A stretch of 61,731 nt of DNA, the filler included, from Circinaria calcarea (Eukaryota), in NCBI GenBank assembly GCA_051942165.1. It is 12 parts of 12 records of this genome, joined end to end, with 100 filler letters (N's around TTAATTAATTAA, not from the genome) between each part and the next. Parts side by side here need not be neighbours in the genome. Positions count along the whole stretch, not along the records: positions 20,639 to 25,696 come from JAVECS010002066.1; positions 25,797 to 30,852 come from JAVECS010002067.1; positions 30,953 to 36,005 come from JAVECS010002068.1; positions 36,106 to 41,157 come from JAVECS010002069.1; 8 more parts are not named here. The stretch is one strand, 5' to 3'. The position numbers and the translations under genes are program-made. The notes beneath the pieces were generated by a model. It saw nothing but the letters and a program-made list of their open reading frames with translations, made no database searches and was not told where the DNA came from. Of this stretch, positions 22,943 to 37,191 are shown in pieces (positions within the stretch are counted from its first letter, which is position 1; each line of letters starts with the position of its first letter).

Positions 22943-25534
22943 TTATAACTTTGCTCCACCGTCCTCTCCAGGTCTCGAAGAGTCTCCCCCGCTACCAGTG
23001 GAGGTAACACCGGCTCCAGGCCCTGTCCCAGGGACGCCGCCACCGATTCCAGGCGGCAGCACTATATCTGGCATCTTGATCGGCATACCCGGTAATGCCT
23101 TGATCTTCTGTAGCTTCTCGCCTCGGAGTACCTTTTGCATCTCGTCAAGACTGAGCACTTCATACTCGACAAGGGCGTTAGCGATAAGGTCGAGCTCCTT
23201 GCGCTTGGAAGAAAGTAGCTTGGTAGCACGTTCTCGACCCTCTTCAATCAAGCGACGGACCTCACCCTCGATTTTTTGCTTGGTTTCCGAGGAAAGCGAG
23301 TTGTAGTCAGAACTTAGGTCGACATTGCCAAGGGTGTCGGAGAAGCCGCACTGAGTGACCATTGAATAAGCGATATTTGTAGCACCTTGGATATCCTACA
23401 AGATGTCAATCGTACATTTGAATAATAAAACCAAGTAAGGCTTACGGCAGAGCCACCACTTGTGACATTTTCTTCGCCGTAGATTATCTCTTCTGCGACC
23501 TTCCCACCCATACACACGTCGATTCGGGCCAAGAATTCCTTCTTCGAGATCGACACTCTATCCATCTCCGGTAATTGGAATGTGCTACCTAGTGATTGAC
23601 CTCTCGGCATGATTGTTGCTTTGTACAGCGGATCTGCACCAGGGGTGAACATAGCAACCAGTGCATGACCACCTTCATGATAGGCTGTCATGATCTTGTC
23701 CTTTTGCTGAATCACGGCACTTCGTCTCTCCGCGCCCATCATGATCTTATCCTTGGCCCATTCAAAGTCGAGCATACCAACTTTCTTAGATTGATTCCTA
23801 CTGGCCCTTACAGCTGCCTGATTGACGAGATTCTCCAATTCGGCGCCAGAGAAACCTGGCGTCCCACGAGCTATCGCAGTTTCATCGACATCTGTGCCAA
23901 CCTGTATATTTTTCATATGGTGCTTGAGGATTTCCATGCGACCTCGGACGTCGGGTAGTGGAACAACAATGTTACGATCAAAACGTCCAGGTCGGGTCAA
24001 AGCTTTGTCTAGAAGTTGAGGAAAGTTCGTAGCTGCTAAGACAATGACGCCGCTTTGCTGTGAGAAGCCGTCGAGCTCAGTCAGAAGTTGATTGAGGGTC
24101 TGCTTGACATAAGCAGCATCTCTCTCATTGCGTTTGCCTCCTATGGCGTCGAGTTCATCAATGAAGATGATAGCTGGTGCTTTAGCGCGTGCCGCGTTGA
24201 AGAGTTCACGAACGCGCTTGGCTCCAACGCCAACGTATACCTCATCAAACTCAGAGCCTGACATAAAGAAGTAGGGAACACCGGCTTCTCCAGCTACAGC
24301 ACGGGCGAGAAGAGTCTTTCCTGTCCCTGGAGGACCAACCAATAAAACACCTTTCGGAAGCTTTCCACCAAGAGCGGAGAACTTCTCTGGATTCTTCAAA
24401 AACTCAACCAGCTCCTGCAATTCCTCCTTTGCCTCATCACAACCATGGACATCCGAGAAGCGGACAGTTTGATGCTGCGGCTGAGCTTCGCTGTTGGTCA
24501 CGCCACCAACCTTTTTGAGGATACCGGTCGTTTCAATGACGAGAGTAACGAATACCAGAGAGAAGTAAGTTATCAATCCGAAGTAGAGAAGAAACTTAGC
24601 CCATTTGAAAATGGTGCCGCCAAGAGACTCCTCTACAACTACGTAGAGTGGGCTTTCCTTTGCACCTGTTCCGGTTGGACCACTCTTGCCTCGAGCCATG
24701 GCAATGTTACTACCTCTTGATTGTGCTGCGACTGCTTGTCCTATAGCTTGAATTTGTTCGTTATTGAGAGAAGAATTCTGTGCCTGCATCTGTGTATTTG
24801 GTCCTAAAGTTCCTTCCGTGAATCCAACTCGTTCCAGCGCTCTGTGATAAAGGGTGTCACAGGCCGGATTGGTAGCGTAACGTCCGGTCTGATACCTTTC
24901 CACCACGATTGCGGGCATATTAGCCCGTAAAAGTGCAGAGTAGAAGGCGTTTTGTGCGGTCGCACTTGTCGGGTTATTGTTTGCCGTTTGTTCCATATGG
25001 GCAAGTAGATTTTGGGATGAACTACCACCAAAGAGAGTACGTCGTTGTGGTGTAGCCGAAAGGGGCGGCCGCGCTATTTGGAAGGGTGGCAGTGTCGAAT
25101 AAGGCCGGGTGGCTGAAATGGACCAAGCCGATCGGCGGATAGAACAACCAAGGGCATTTGATACTCCTATAGCACGATTCAGCGAAAAGGCTAGTTTATG
25201 GGGCTAGGTGTCTGAGTACCATGCGATGAATCGATCTCTGTCCTCGACGAATGTCTCAGCCATGTCAATGGTACCCTTGAGAAGGGGTTCGAAGTTCCGT
25301 GATTATGAGGCGCCTAGATGAATCAGCCAAGAGGGAATTGTTGTGGTGGCAGATAGAATATACCTTGGCACTGAGAGACTTGGCTGCTGCTTGTTTGTGC
25401 ATGTACCGAACGTGTCGCGGAAACTGTACAGTGGAGGTTGGGTGGCGGAAAGGTTTCCAGGGTTTGCCTAAAGAGCATCTCATTGCAGGCCATAAATCAC
25501 AAGTGATAGCTGCAGCGCTCTGTATCTGGTACAT
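22943..25534 (-). CDS. YME1: Mitochondrial i-AAA metalloprotease
   Basis: [21 protein letters not shown], Walker [23 protein letters not shown] and the HEGGH zinc motif. Intron about 23397-23444; the 5' exon boundaries are approximate. Confidence 0.95.
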
Positions 25535-26818
25535 CAGTGAGGTTCTGCGCGAACGTCAAGTGGCGTGTAAACGTACCGTAAATGATGTTGAAGCCTGGAA
25601 GGCCATGTTCAACGGTAACAACTCGCAGCCGCTGTCAGGTCCTTGGGAGGGCTATATTCCACAGATGCGCATAATGATAGGTAAAGAAAGTATAGANNNN
25701 NNNNNNNNNNNNNNNNNNNNNNNNNNNNNNNNNNNNNNNNTTAATTAATTAANNNNNNNNNNNNNNNNNNNNNNNNNNNNNNNNNNNNNNNNNNNNAGCT
25801 AGTTGAGTAGGGGGGAGGGGAAGAGTGTAGGGGTAGAATAGAAATAAAAAGGGGGTTGCAGGTGAGTTATTCTAAGGATAAAGGGCGGTGTTTCGTCGCT
25901 TGGGACTGGGGATCGAGGATTTGCAATCGGTTGGATAAGACGGGGATATAATGTGTGGTGGGTGTAAGCCCGGTTTTGGGGCGTGGGATAGTTTAGAGTG
26001 GTTGACGAAAAGGGAAGGTAACATGAGATTTCAGCCCGGTGAGCGAATAACCACGGTGGATTGAATTTTTTGGAGTAGTGGAATGTCTGGAGGCTTGATG
26101 CGGTATGGTATAGCTATATGAGAGTAATTGATGTGGAGATGAGAGGTTCGACAAGGATTGGAGGAGAGTGGGATATGAGAAGCTATCCGTGGCTTGAGTG
26201 GGACGGACCGTGCCCTTAATCAACTGCCTAGTGTAAATCTGAGATCGGGTTCTTAATTGCCTCCACTGGGATAGCACGGTCTATTCTATTCTTTGAAGGA
26301 TAGCGTGCGGGATTAGAGATTAGGATTAAGGGGATAGAGGCTGGGGAAGATGGGTGATGGGAATTGACATTTAATTCGCCGATAAATTCAGACACGCGTA
26401 AGCCCAGGTATCCACTCCGTCAACTTCTTTGAATCGTTGGCTGGCACAAAATCATAATTGGACTCCGATGCACATCCCAGGCGTTTTGTGCAACACTGAA
26501 CAAGCGACGATTGGGAGAATGGGTACCCTGCGTGCTCTGCCTCCACCGTCCTTTAGAGCCTTGGCGTTTAGGCAAGGCTGCCCTTGCGCTGCTTAAGATG
26601 TGTAGAACTCCCGAGGAGTTGAGGTTGGGCTTTCTTTTCGTGAGCACAGCTTTCATCTACAAGGCATCAGCGATACAGTTTACATTAGGTACTGGACTAG
26701 TGGTGAGTACTAGAGGTATACAGAAGACTGTTTGTGTATAGCATCTATGCCAATCATTTTACCCCGATAGATTCATCAATCGCTTGGTCTACATCCCCGA
26801 ACACCGAGAGACTTGACA

Positions 26819-28993
26819 ATGGACGAGGATAATGGAAGTTCACATGTTCAGGGAGCGGTAACAACAAACGAGCCCGCTGGTTCAATAGGCGACGTGGTTG
26901 TCAACATCGACAATAATCCAGCTGCTCGGTCTGATGTGTCATTGTCGTCGCAGGAGGCTCCCACTGCCGAACCTGTGAATCAAGAGGATCAAAGTGGCAC
27001 GCAGTACATATCTGGTCAAGAAGACGACGAAGCTAGCTCTGAGAGCGAGATATGGAAAGAATACCGCCAGATATATAACAGTTACGTGTTCCCCCTTGGT
27101 CGCCAGCCATACATGCCATCCCGAGACCCTAAAGTTTCTGTATGGAGGAGCTCAACCTTTTCGTATCACCATAAGCTAGAAAAGAAGCGGTTCCTCCATC
27201 CCGAAGTCAACGTCGTGGGTGACTTTTTCTTTAGAGCGCGCTTTGTCCTTAAAAGTATGCTTCACATAATAAAGATCCCACACGATGGTGAAGCGGTGTC
27301 CGAGGAATACGATTGCAAAAAAGAAGATCATGTTCATCGATTACGGGAAAGTCTCAATACTATCGACCAGTCCTATCCCTTAGCGGTTCAACTGGTCATA
27401 GTTTCAGATCTCTCGCCAGTTATCCTTGAACTTCTAGGCCGCGAGCTTCGGGTTGATCGTCAAGTTTTTGTGAATCACTTGTGGACACATGCCGGGCAGC
27501 CTTTCGATATACCCAACAGTCACGTATATGATTTGAATGCTTGTCTTGACCCGCCGCCTAATACGGTGACTGTTGAGTGCGACGTCAATATGACTGGATG
27601 GTCGGAGTCGACAGTATCGCGATGGTTCCTGGAGGATTTCTTTCGTAAAATCAATCGTGATTCATTGAATACCCTCCGTTCAGGAACGATTAGATGGCCA
27701 GCCTCGCTAGTATGTCCACCGGAGGTTGATAAGCCTTCTATTCAATACCATAGAACAAGTAGAATTACAATACACTCTTTACTGTCCCCGAAATCAGTTC
27801 CGACAAGTAGGTTGATTCCAAGACCCTTTTCTGCTCTTTACTGATATTTATCAGTACTCCTGCTACTAATACCTTCTGAGGACGTTGCATGCTTTTATGA
27901 GAGGGAGTTTGTACCACCCAAGGAGTTCAATTATGGGAACCCCTTCCTGCGGATTCCAGGTCAGGATATCTTCCAACCTGGTCCAGCCTATAGCGATATT
28001 TCAAGAATGTTCTGCGAATCCCGCTCAAAATCTTCAAGTTTCTACCAGACTTCGTTGATCTGGGTTAGTGGAAAAGTCGTAGATGCATTCAACAGGCTTC
28101 TTCAACAGGAGATGCGGAGGCTGGCTTACTTCAAAGAGCAGCGGATGCTGCATACAAGTAAGCATGTAGAGAAGACCGCTGAGAGTAGTGATAACCCTGT
28201 CTGGGACCTTCGGATACTCCGAAACAAAACGTATGACAAACTCAAGACAATTCAACATCTACGAAGTAAGCTCAGGGCATCTTTGGACTTTGCAGAAGGG
28301 GAGAAGAGAAGCAAACAAAGCTGCGATGATACCCTTGTTCTAGGGAATTTTGACGCACTAGAAAAGCGCATACACGATTTCCTTGACATACTCAAGCGAG
28401 AAATGGATGATACTACCGTGGACGGCCAACAGGAACTTACGAACTCGCAATTAGAGGAAAGTCGAAAGTCAATTGAGCAAAATGATCAGGTCAGAAAACT
28501 GACAATCTTGGCCTTTTTCTTCGTTCCCATTTCGACAGTAAGCTCGGTATTCGGAATGAATGTTAAAGAATTGCAGCTCTCGGAATATCAGCCGCACATA
28601 TGGGTCTTCGCTGTTGTGGTGTGTTGCGTTATAGGTGCATCTCTCTTACTGGCGACTTTTGGATATCTACGTGACGTACTTATGGGAGTTACTGTCTACG
28701 TAGATGAGCAATTGAGAAAAGGGCGGAAAAGGCCGCAATGGTTTAGACCCTTTATTTTTTCCCGTCGTATTATATTTCTACTTGTCCTTCCGTTGAGACT
28801 TCTTTTATCACGAATGAACTTCCTTAGCGATATGGGGAGAAAGCCCAGAAGGGAGAAGAAGGAAAACCGAAGAAGCCGCTGGTTCTATCTCGATACATAC
28901 CACCTCAAACCCCATGAGAGAAGTCCCAAGAAAGTATTCCGTTGGTTGCTGGGATCAGAACCAAGGCAGGAGGGGGAGCTTCAGAAAATATAG
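26819..28993 (+). CDS. Fungal CorA-like (GMN-motif) membrane protein with long N-terminal region
   Basis: ESRKSIEQNDQVRKLTILAFFFVPISTVSSVFGMNVKEL followed by a second TM segment WVFAVVV. Intron about 27808-27853. Confidence 0.8.
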
Positions 28994-29149
28994 ATTGAAA
29001 GCTTTTATCATAGCATCACCTTCTATCACCGCGGCTCACCTTTGTTGATCGTTTTTCACAAGTCGTGACAAAATGCCGACATATCGACAGTTAAGAATCG
29101 GTATTTATTTTTCAAGATGGTGAAGATAAACCTAGCACAAATTTACCGT

Positions 29150-30620
29150 AAAGCTATTCCAATACATCACTTACTCCACTCCTTTCCACCTGCTATACAT
29201 TGCTCTACTGCCTAAAAAAACCCCTCCGTCATCTCTTAAATGCCCACACCGCCCCCTTGTTTTACTTATCTAGCTTCTTCATCCCGAACTCACCATTTCA
29301 ACTCCCCCAACTGTCTACATCACCACGATCACATTCCCCTTACAATAACCGCATAGTATCTATCTATCCGAATCGAAAATACCGTCTCAAAGTGGTGGTA
29401 CCGCTTAATACAATAACAACTACCACATTATTCCTCCTTAAATAAAATCCCTACTATCACCTCCACTCTCTTCCCTTTCCCTCTCCCTCCCTTCCATTAG
29501 GAATCACGCTCAACACACAACCACCTTTCCCTTCCCATACCAAACATCACGCTTCCAAATAGCTGCTACGTCCTGTCTACGCCCCGTAGCCCACTATCTT
29601 ACCTACGGCCAACTGGTTATAAACAAACAGCTTATAATCAGCACAGCTCTTTTTCTCTCTCTCTTTCTCTCCTTTTTTTGTGCGCGGTAGAAAATCCCCA
29701 ACTCATGCCTCATGCTCCAATATCCGCAATGCCCGCGTCGGCTTTACTATCTAAATAAAAGATCATAGGGCTTACCGAATCACGTGCTACCTACGGGTAA
29801 TGCGTGGTTCATGCTCTACACTCTCCACAACACCGCCATAAAAAGCGTTTTTCGCTGTATGCTAGCTTAGATACTTACACACACTTAATAGCAATTCATA
29901 CATGCTACCACACATGCTGCTCAATATGCTGTATTCTCACGCCGCACCACGGGTTGGGTTAGGTTGAACCCAATAGATTCAGATTAAGTTTCGTAAGGCA
30001 TAACCCGAGCACAACCCATTACTAGTAGTGACCCGAACCCGTTTTCAATGGGGTTAACCCAACGGCGAAAACTTATTATAATGATTACTATACTTATGCT
30101 GTATGCATGCTGTATGTTAAAAGTATGCATAACGGGTAATATAGCACGCAGCAATATATGTAGCGGCAGCAGCATCATAATAAACATCGTTAGCGAAACA
30201 GTATGGTAAGCAGCATAACAAGCAGCATAGCATAATATTTATAGTAGTTATCTACAATAGTCAGTGATGGGTTTAACCGGGTTTAAACCCTACGCAAAAA
30301 ACCCTAACCTAACCCCCGTGAAAACCCAACCCAACCCGTGAGAACCCAATCCGTGGTACAGTCTAGCCTGGCCCCGGCCCTCAGCCTCAGCCTCTATGCA
30401 GAGCATTCCCGCCAGAATTTCTTTAAAGCCTTTATTCATTCGTTTACTACTCCGCATCAAACGGGTAAGCTGCAGGGTGGGTCATAACTACCCATAAAAA
30501 AAGAGCTATAAACTCCATAGGAAAACATAGCTTAAACCCATTCAAAAGCCCTTCTCAATGCTTAGGCACAACGTGACCGTAGGCGTTTCATCAATATGCA
30601 AATATAGATCTGGGATATTC
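29150..30620. mobile_element. Degenerate, AT/TpA-rich (RIP-like) repeat-derived region
   Basis: No credible ORFs and visible TpA enrichment (e.g. cataatatttatagtagttatctacaatag). Contains a TIR-like element. Confidence 0.5.
29944..30359. mobile_element. Small non-autonomous TIR element relic (MITE/hAT-like)
   Basis: GCACCACGGGTTGGGTT (29944-29960) versus AACCCAATCCGTGGTAC (30343-30359) is a 15/17 inverted match. Many AACCC/AACCCG subterminal repeats lie at both ends. Confidence 0.55.
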
Positions 30621-30704
30621 TATGTAAGTCGTGTGTAAACTACCTCATTGTAGATTGATACGAGTTGCAAGGGGCTGGACTGTGATAGAGGTGGGTAGTG
30701 GCGA

Positions 30705-30852
30705 GGTTATTGGCAGCGTAGGTTATTGGCAGCGTAGGTTATTGGCAGCGTAGGTTATTGGCAGCGTAGGTTATTGGCAGCGTAGGTTATTGGCAGCGTA
30801 GGTTATTGGCAGCGTAGGTTATTGGCAGCGTAGGTTATTGGCAGCGTAGGTT
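30705..30852 (+). repeat. Perfect 16-bp tandem array (GGTTATTGGCAGCGTA x9.25) running into the contig end
   Basis: Directly visible; copies are identical. Confidence 0.97.
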
Positions 30853-30952
30853 NNNNNNNNNNNNNNNNNNNNNNNNNNNNNNNNNNNNNNNNNNNNTTAA
30901 TTAATTAANNNNNNNNNNNNNNNNNNNNNNNNNNNNNNNNNNNNNNNNNNNN

Positions 30953-32143
<1,191 letters not shown>

Positions 32144-32433
32144 ATTGACAGGAGCTGAAGGTCAAACACTTATCGTCAGTTCCGTGGCGACGTCAAGCTG
32201 CGATTACCTTATTATACATTAGGTACGGCGCTAATCGTAGATCACCGGAAGCGTGCATACACCTTACCTTTTCGGGCTGGTTGGACGGGAAGCCAAAGGT
32301 GTCCTAGTTGAGCCTCAAATTACAATGCATCCCACCCTCAGAGTAACAACGAAACTTCACCTTCTCATTTTGCCCTCAACCCTAGATCTCTTACGTAGTT
32401 GAAATCGTTAATGAGATCTTGACTTCGTCTCCA

Positions 32434-32828
32434 ATGTCTCTGAACGAGGTGTGGGAAGCAGCAGCTGGAAACCCTTTTCGCCCAGCTGTACCAAAGGAAA
32501 GACAGTTTCTTGTAGGCTTCACTCTATTGCTTACAGGTAAGCTGGAAGATATATCTCTCATGACTATGTTGGAAAGAGCTTACAATGGACCAGGGCTGAT
32601 ATTGACGGGGCTATTTGGGTTAAGTGAGCAAATAGAAGCTGTGACCAATTGAGGATTTCGACTAACAGAGAAAGACCGGTCGTTCAAAAACATTCCTCTT
32701 CTAGGTGTTCCGGCGTCATTGGCCTTTGGGTGGGTAATTCAAGTCCACTAAGCATTCCGATCGTTGTCTGACTTCGAACTAGGTTCGGAGCAGTGTACAT
32801 GATTTGTGCGGTCGGAGTTTACGTTTGA
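32434..32828 (+). CDS. OST5: Oligosaccharyltransferase small subunit Ost5/TMEM258-like (4 exons)
   Basis: Spliced MSLNEVWEAAAGNPFRPAVPKERQFLVGFTLLLT|GLILTGLFGL|..SFKNIPLLGVPASLAFG|FGAVYMICAVGVYV*. The GVYV C-terminus is typical of the family. Confidence 0.8.
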
Positions 32829-33018
32829 AGCAACTTATATCAAGAACATCAAAAATGTACAATATTTCAAATTGATACCACTTTTACCTTCTTCATCGTT
32901 GCGGTGAACACTAAGTATCTGCAACTGCGAACAAATCATTTCAAGAGAGAAGGGATCCCACAGGATAGTTTCCTTGGGTTGGACTTCCACCAACCCTGTA
33001 AACGCAACAGCATCAGCA

Positions 33019-34069
33019 ATGGAGAGTCAAGCTCCAATATTCAGCGCTGTATCTAGTTCAGCCCGACAACTCTTCCAACTTTTAAGATGCATTAGCTTTG
33101 CTTCAAAGGCTCAGGTCCAAATTACCAGAGATGGGCTACGATTTACGGCCGAGGAGTCTCGCGTCATGCAAGGTCCGGTATCGCCATTGGCTTATCGATC
33201 CGTTCGACTAGCTGACAAGTGTAGGTTCGGCGTTTCTGGACAAAGCCCTATTCACAACTTATTCCTTTACGCCGGTTCACATTGAAGCTACCAATGAAGA
33301 GGAAGAAGAAGAAGCTGATTCCCCCACGTTTCAGATTTCACTTTCCTCCCTACTTGAGACCTTGCAGATCTTCGGCATACATGATGTCAAGGACAGATGG
33401 TCCGCTCGAGACTCGACATATGGCGGCGTAAGTGGGTCTCTAGCTCGAGGAGGTCCAACTGCACCGTTTGAAAATCGTGTTCTCGGCATGACGGGCGTCT
33501 GCCGACTTAGTTATGCAGGTATTGGTGAGCCACTATGCATCACCTTGGAGGAGACTGGTGTCGTTACAACATGTGAGCTCGTTACATATGAGCCAGAGTT
33601 GCAAGCCGAAATTCCCTTGCAGAAGGATGCTCTGGTGCAGAAGATCATTATGCGTGCGGGTTGGCTGTACGACGCTGTAGCCGAGCTATCGTCCACATCG
33701 CCAACACGTCTCACTATCGTTGGGTCCCCAACGCCACCATACTTTACTCTATCTTCAGCAGGTCCCTTGGGATCGGCAACAGTGGAGTTTAGTAAGGATC
33801 CGCAATTATTGGAGACTTTTCAAGTACCGAGACGGACCGTGAATACCTACAAGTATTCACTGATCAAGGGTGCAGCCAGAGCAATGGCACTGGCTAGTAA
33901 AGTTAGTATCAGGTGTGACGAGCAGGGCGTCTTGAGCTTGCAGTTCATGATCGAAGTGGAGGGTGGAGGAGTAAGCTTTGTCGATTTCAGATTCGTGCCA
34001 TACCTGCCTGAGGACGGGGAGGGAGATGAAGACGACGACACGTCCGCTGACCATGAAGAAGATGATTGA
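33019..34069 (+). CDS. rad1: 9-1-1 checkpoint clamp subunit Rad1/Rec1 (S. cerevisiae Rad17)
   Basis: IFSAVSSSARQLFQLLRCISF..AQVQITRDGLRF...TTCELVTYEPE...ASKVSIRCDEQGVLSLQFMIE...FVDFRFVP. Intron about 33173-33224. Confidence 0.92.
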
Positions 34070-34492
34070 TAGACTGGAGCAAGAAGCATTTTTGTAAGAT
34101 GTAACAATAGGCAGCAGTTGGGATTTCTGCTCCGCATATCGTACTAACTGTATTGAGCTTATATCAGATACTCGATGCACAATCATATGAAGCCAGACAA
34201 AATGCTTCCCTCGTAAAATGATTACATGGCTCATAGGGCTGTTAATATATTAGGGCTAATTTCGCTTCCGCTTTTGCTTCTTCCTAGCGTGCCCACTTCA
34301 GCTTTGGATTGAAGAAATTGAAGAGATTCCACCGCAGCAGACACCAACGCCAACCAGCAAGGATTAGGTATGAACATCCTCCTCTCACATCAGTAGAAAT
34401 AACAGATCGCGGTTGGACTGATAAGCGATAGATTAAGCGGCGCCACACCGGCTTCATAGATACGCCGTGGCCGACACTAGGATCCTTTAGTC

Positions 34493-35903
34493 ATGCCTCG
34501 ATTCAGCATTCGCGACAGTCGCGCAACCTACGACGATACTTCGTTCAGGGCGACCTCTTTTTCAACAAATGTAAACTCCACCTCAAGCAGTAGGAACACG
34601 GGATCTACAGTGTTTTCTACCAGTATCACAATGTCGTACCCTGAGCTTATTCCAGCGGAACCGGACATGAATCGCGACCGGCTACCGACGTTCAAGGAAG
34701 TATTGCAGAGGAGGACATTGTCACCAGTCGATTTGTTCTCATTCTACATTTACATGCGGGACCAAATGTTCCTGGTTGACTACCTTGATTTTTGGTAATT
34801 GGGCTCAAGGCTGCACTGTGAACGTGACCCGGACAGTGAACGAAGGCTAATCTACGTATCGCAGGCTCGATGTCACACAGCACCTTGCGCTTTGCCGTCA
34901 TTATGTCCGAGAGCTTCGTCGCTCCGTCCTTATCGAGACACCAGAGCAGGAACAGCCTTCGAAGCGCTCGTCCGCGTTCCTTGATCAGTATGGAGATGTC
35001 GACAATACCGCAGGCCCATCCACATACGACGATGATAAACATGGTGACCATCATCTTTCAGCTTTCCTACGTCGCGAGACTAGTGAGGGAAACTTCTCGA
35101 ATGGCAACACGAATCACTCACCTCACAGCAGCTTGGGTTCGCAGCAATCTGATGTCCGTAATTCTGGTGAACGTGCTGGAAATTCAGCGAACCGTCCTCC
35201 GAGAGCAAGTTTCATGAGCAGCAACTTCGACCGCCACTTCTCCGACGACTCGCCCACGCACACAGTTGGTAGACCAGACATTCGAGCAAGCGCAGAAAAG
35301 ATTCTGTACACCTACCTCCTCCCTGGCTCTGAGCGAGAAATCATTCTGCCGCAACACATTGTTCACAATATCATTCAAGCCATTGAAGAACACATGAGAG
35401 ATGATCCTGAGGTATTTGACGTTGCCAAGGATTATGTTTTCCAAGCAATGGAACGCGATGCTTTTCCTGGGTTCCTCCGCTGGAAGGCCCTTGGTAACCT
35501 GATTCCCGCTAGTATCATGTGGCGCGTTGCTCTCGGTCTCTTGGGCATGTTTGCTGGTTTCTGGGCTGGATTCACCCTCATCTTTCTCGATCAGCCAAAG
35601 CATATTCGTTGCTGGGTAAGCAAAATCTCCTATAAGTAGGCCAGGATAATACTAACACCTGCACAGGTTATTCTCCCATTCACCATTGGAGTTTACTGTC
35701 TTGCAACCCAGCAGTACTTCATGGACCCCATTCTCGCTCTCTGTGGCCTCAGCGAACATACTTTCATGCATTTTTCCCGCATCAAAGAACCCTTTGTTCG
35801 CCGCTTGCTCTATAAGCGCGCAGTAACTGCTTTGGTGGTAACTGTTCTTGTAGGAGTTGCCGTGAACGTTCTGTTCATCTTTGTACCTGGGTACAGACTC
35901 TGA
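34493..35903 (+). CDS. RAX1: RGS-domain transmembrane bud-site/polarity protein Rax1
   Basis: RLPTFKEVLQRRTLSPVDLFSFYIYMRD..DYLDFW|LDVTQHLALCRHYVRELRRS...ILYTYLLPGSEREI...RDDPEVFDVAKDYVFQAMERDAFPGFL...FIFVPGYRL. The start may instead be 34631. Confidence 0.88.
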
Positions 35904-36105
35904 TGTTGAATGTGGGCTTCTGCACATATGGCGCTGATGGGCATGTAGCGATGGCGTCTTCTGGTGTATCAAGGCGCTTCAGGGTACGAATGGTGGGCTT
36001 TACTTNNNNNNNNNNNNNNNNNNNNNNNNNNNNNNNNNNNNNNNNNNNNTTAATTAATTAANNNNNNNNNNNNNNNNNNNNNNNNNNNNNNNNNNNNNNN
36101 NNNNN

Positions 36106-36410
36106 CCTGGGTCTCGCTGCCCCCCCCGCCGCTCCCCTCCCCACCCTCGTATGTTGTAGCCTTTGTGTGTGATTTGCACACTATACTTACAGATTCACAG
36201 AACAGGAAGGAGCGCGTGGCGGCCAAGAAGGAGAGATGGAGGGAGATGACGCGGCGGGTGAGGGAGCTGGCTCCCATTTTTTTTGAGCGGCCGGATGACG
36301 AGGCGCTTGGCGCCAGGAGGAAGGCCCTGGTAGCTTTGCTTGTGGGGCCTGAAGAGGCCAAGGATGACAAGTTGATAGAATTTTTTCTGCAAATTGAAAA
36401 CCAGAATTAA
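36106..36410 (+). CDS. 3' end of an unidentified protein (last exon)
   Basis: A short GTATGT..CAG intron is followed by NRKERVAAKKERWREMTRRVRELAPIFFERPDDEALG...QIENQN*, then an AT-rich tail. Confidence 0.4.
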
Positions 36411-37191
36411 AAAAATTTGATTTTAATATTTGACCAAAAATGGAATTGTGACATATTTGTTTGCTAGAACTTAAGGCTAGAAAAAAATAATTAATATACT
36501 TTCATAAATTTAACGGATAGATTCGTGTACGTGTAGAGTTTGTATATAGAATAAGAAGGAGTGCGACGTTGTAAATAAAAGAGGTGGGAGGAAAAGGGTA
36601 GCACCTGGTGTTCTACGCGGACACCGGAGGACGGAGGAACTATGCGCCATAAGGAAGTAAATGCCATGATTTGGTGGTTTCCCTCCCCTATTTTCTCTGA
36701 GGGGCTTTCTGATCGGATATGTCAAGGCTTGAACGCTTGAGAGAATCCTAATCCGAGGTTTTGAAGGCCTTCAGGTGTTAATAATAACAGAAGGATATAT
36801 ATAACAGAAGCGCAAGCCGTTGCTGCCGCCAGTTTTTGCCCACAGCACTCCCCCCACCCTCATATATAGTATCTTGTACTGTGGGGTTTGCAGACCAAAT
36901 GCTTACGGGAACGCGCAGGACAAAGGGGAGGATAGGGGGATGGGGAAACAAGGGGGTAGCCACGACTCCGTTACAAAGTAAAGCAGGTATTGTGCATCGA
37001 TAACCCAAGGAAATCAATCAAAAGCGTCGGAGCCCGTCATTGGTACATGGATAATAGAAGGAATTATTTGATTAATTTCTACTCTTACAGCTGCAAATGC
37101 GGCGTGCATGTCCCGCCAATCTGGTAGCCCCCGGCTTCCCTCCGTGCCGATGCCAATCATCATCAAGAACCGGTATAAATCCCCACCTCCC

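Noticed and set aside
29950..30350. GGGTT/AACCCT motifs as interstitial TTAGGG telomere
   Set aside because: The motifs are irregular and not tandem, and are better explained as transposon subterminal repeats.
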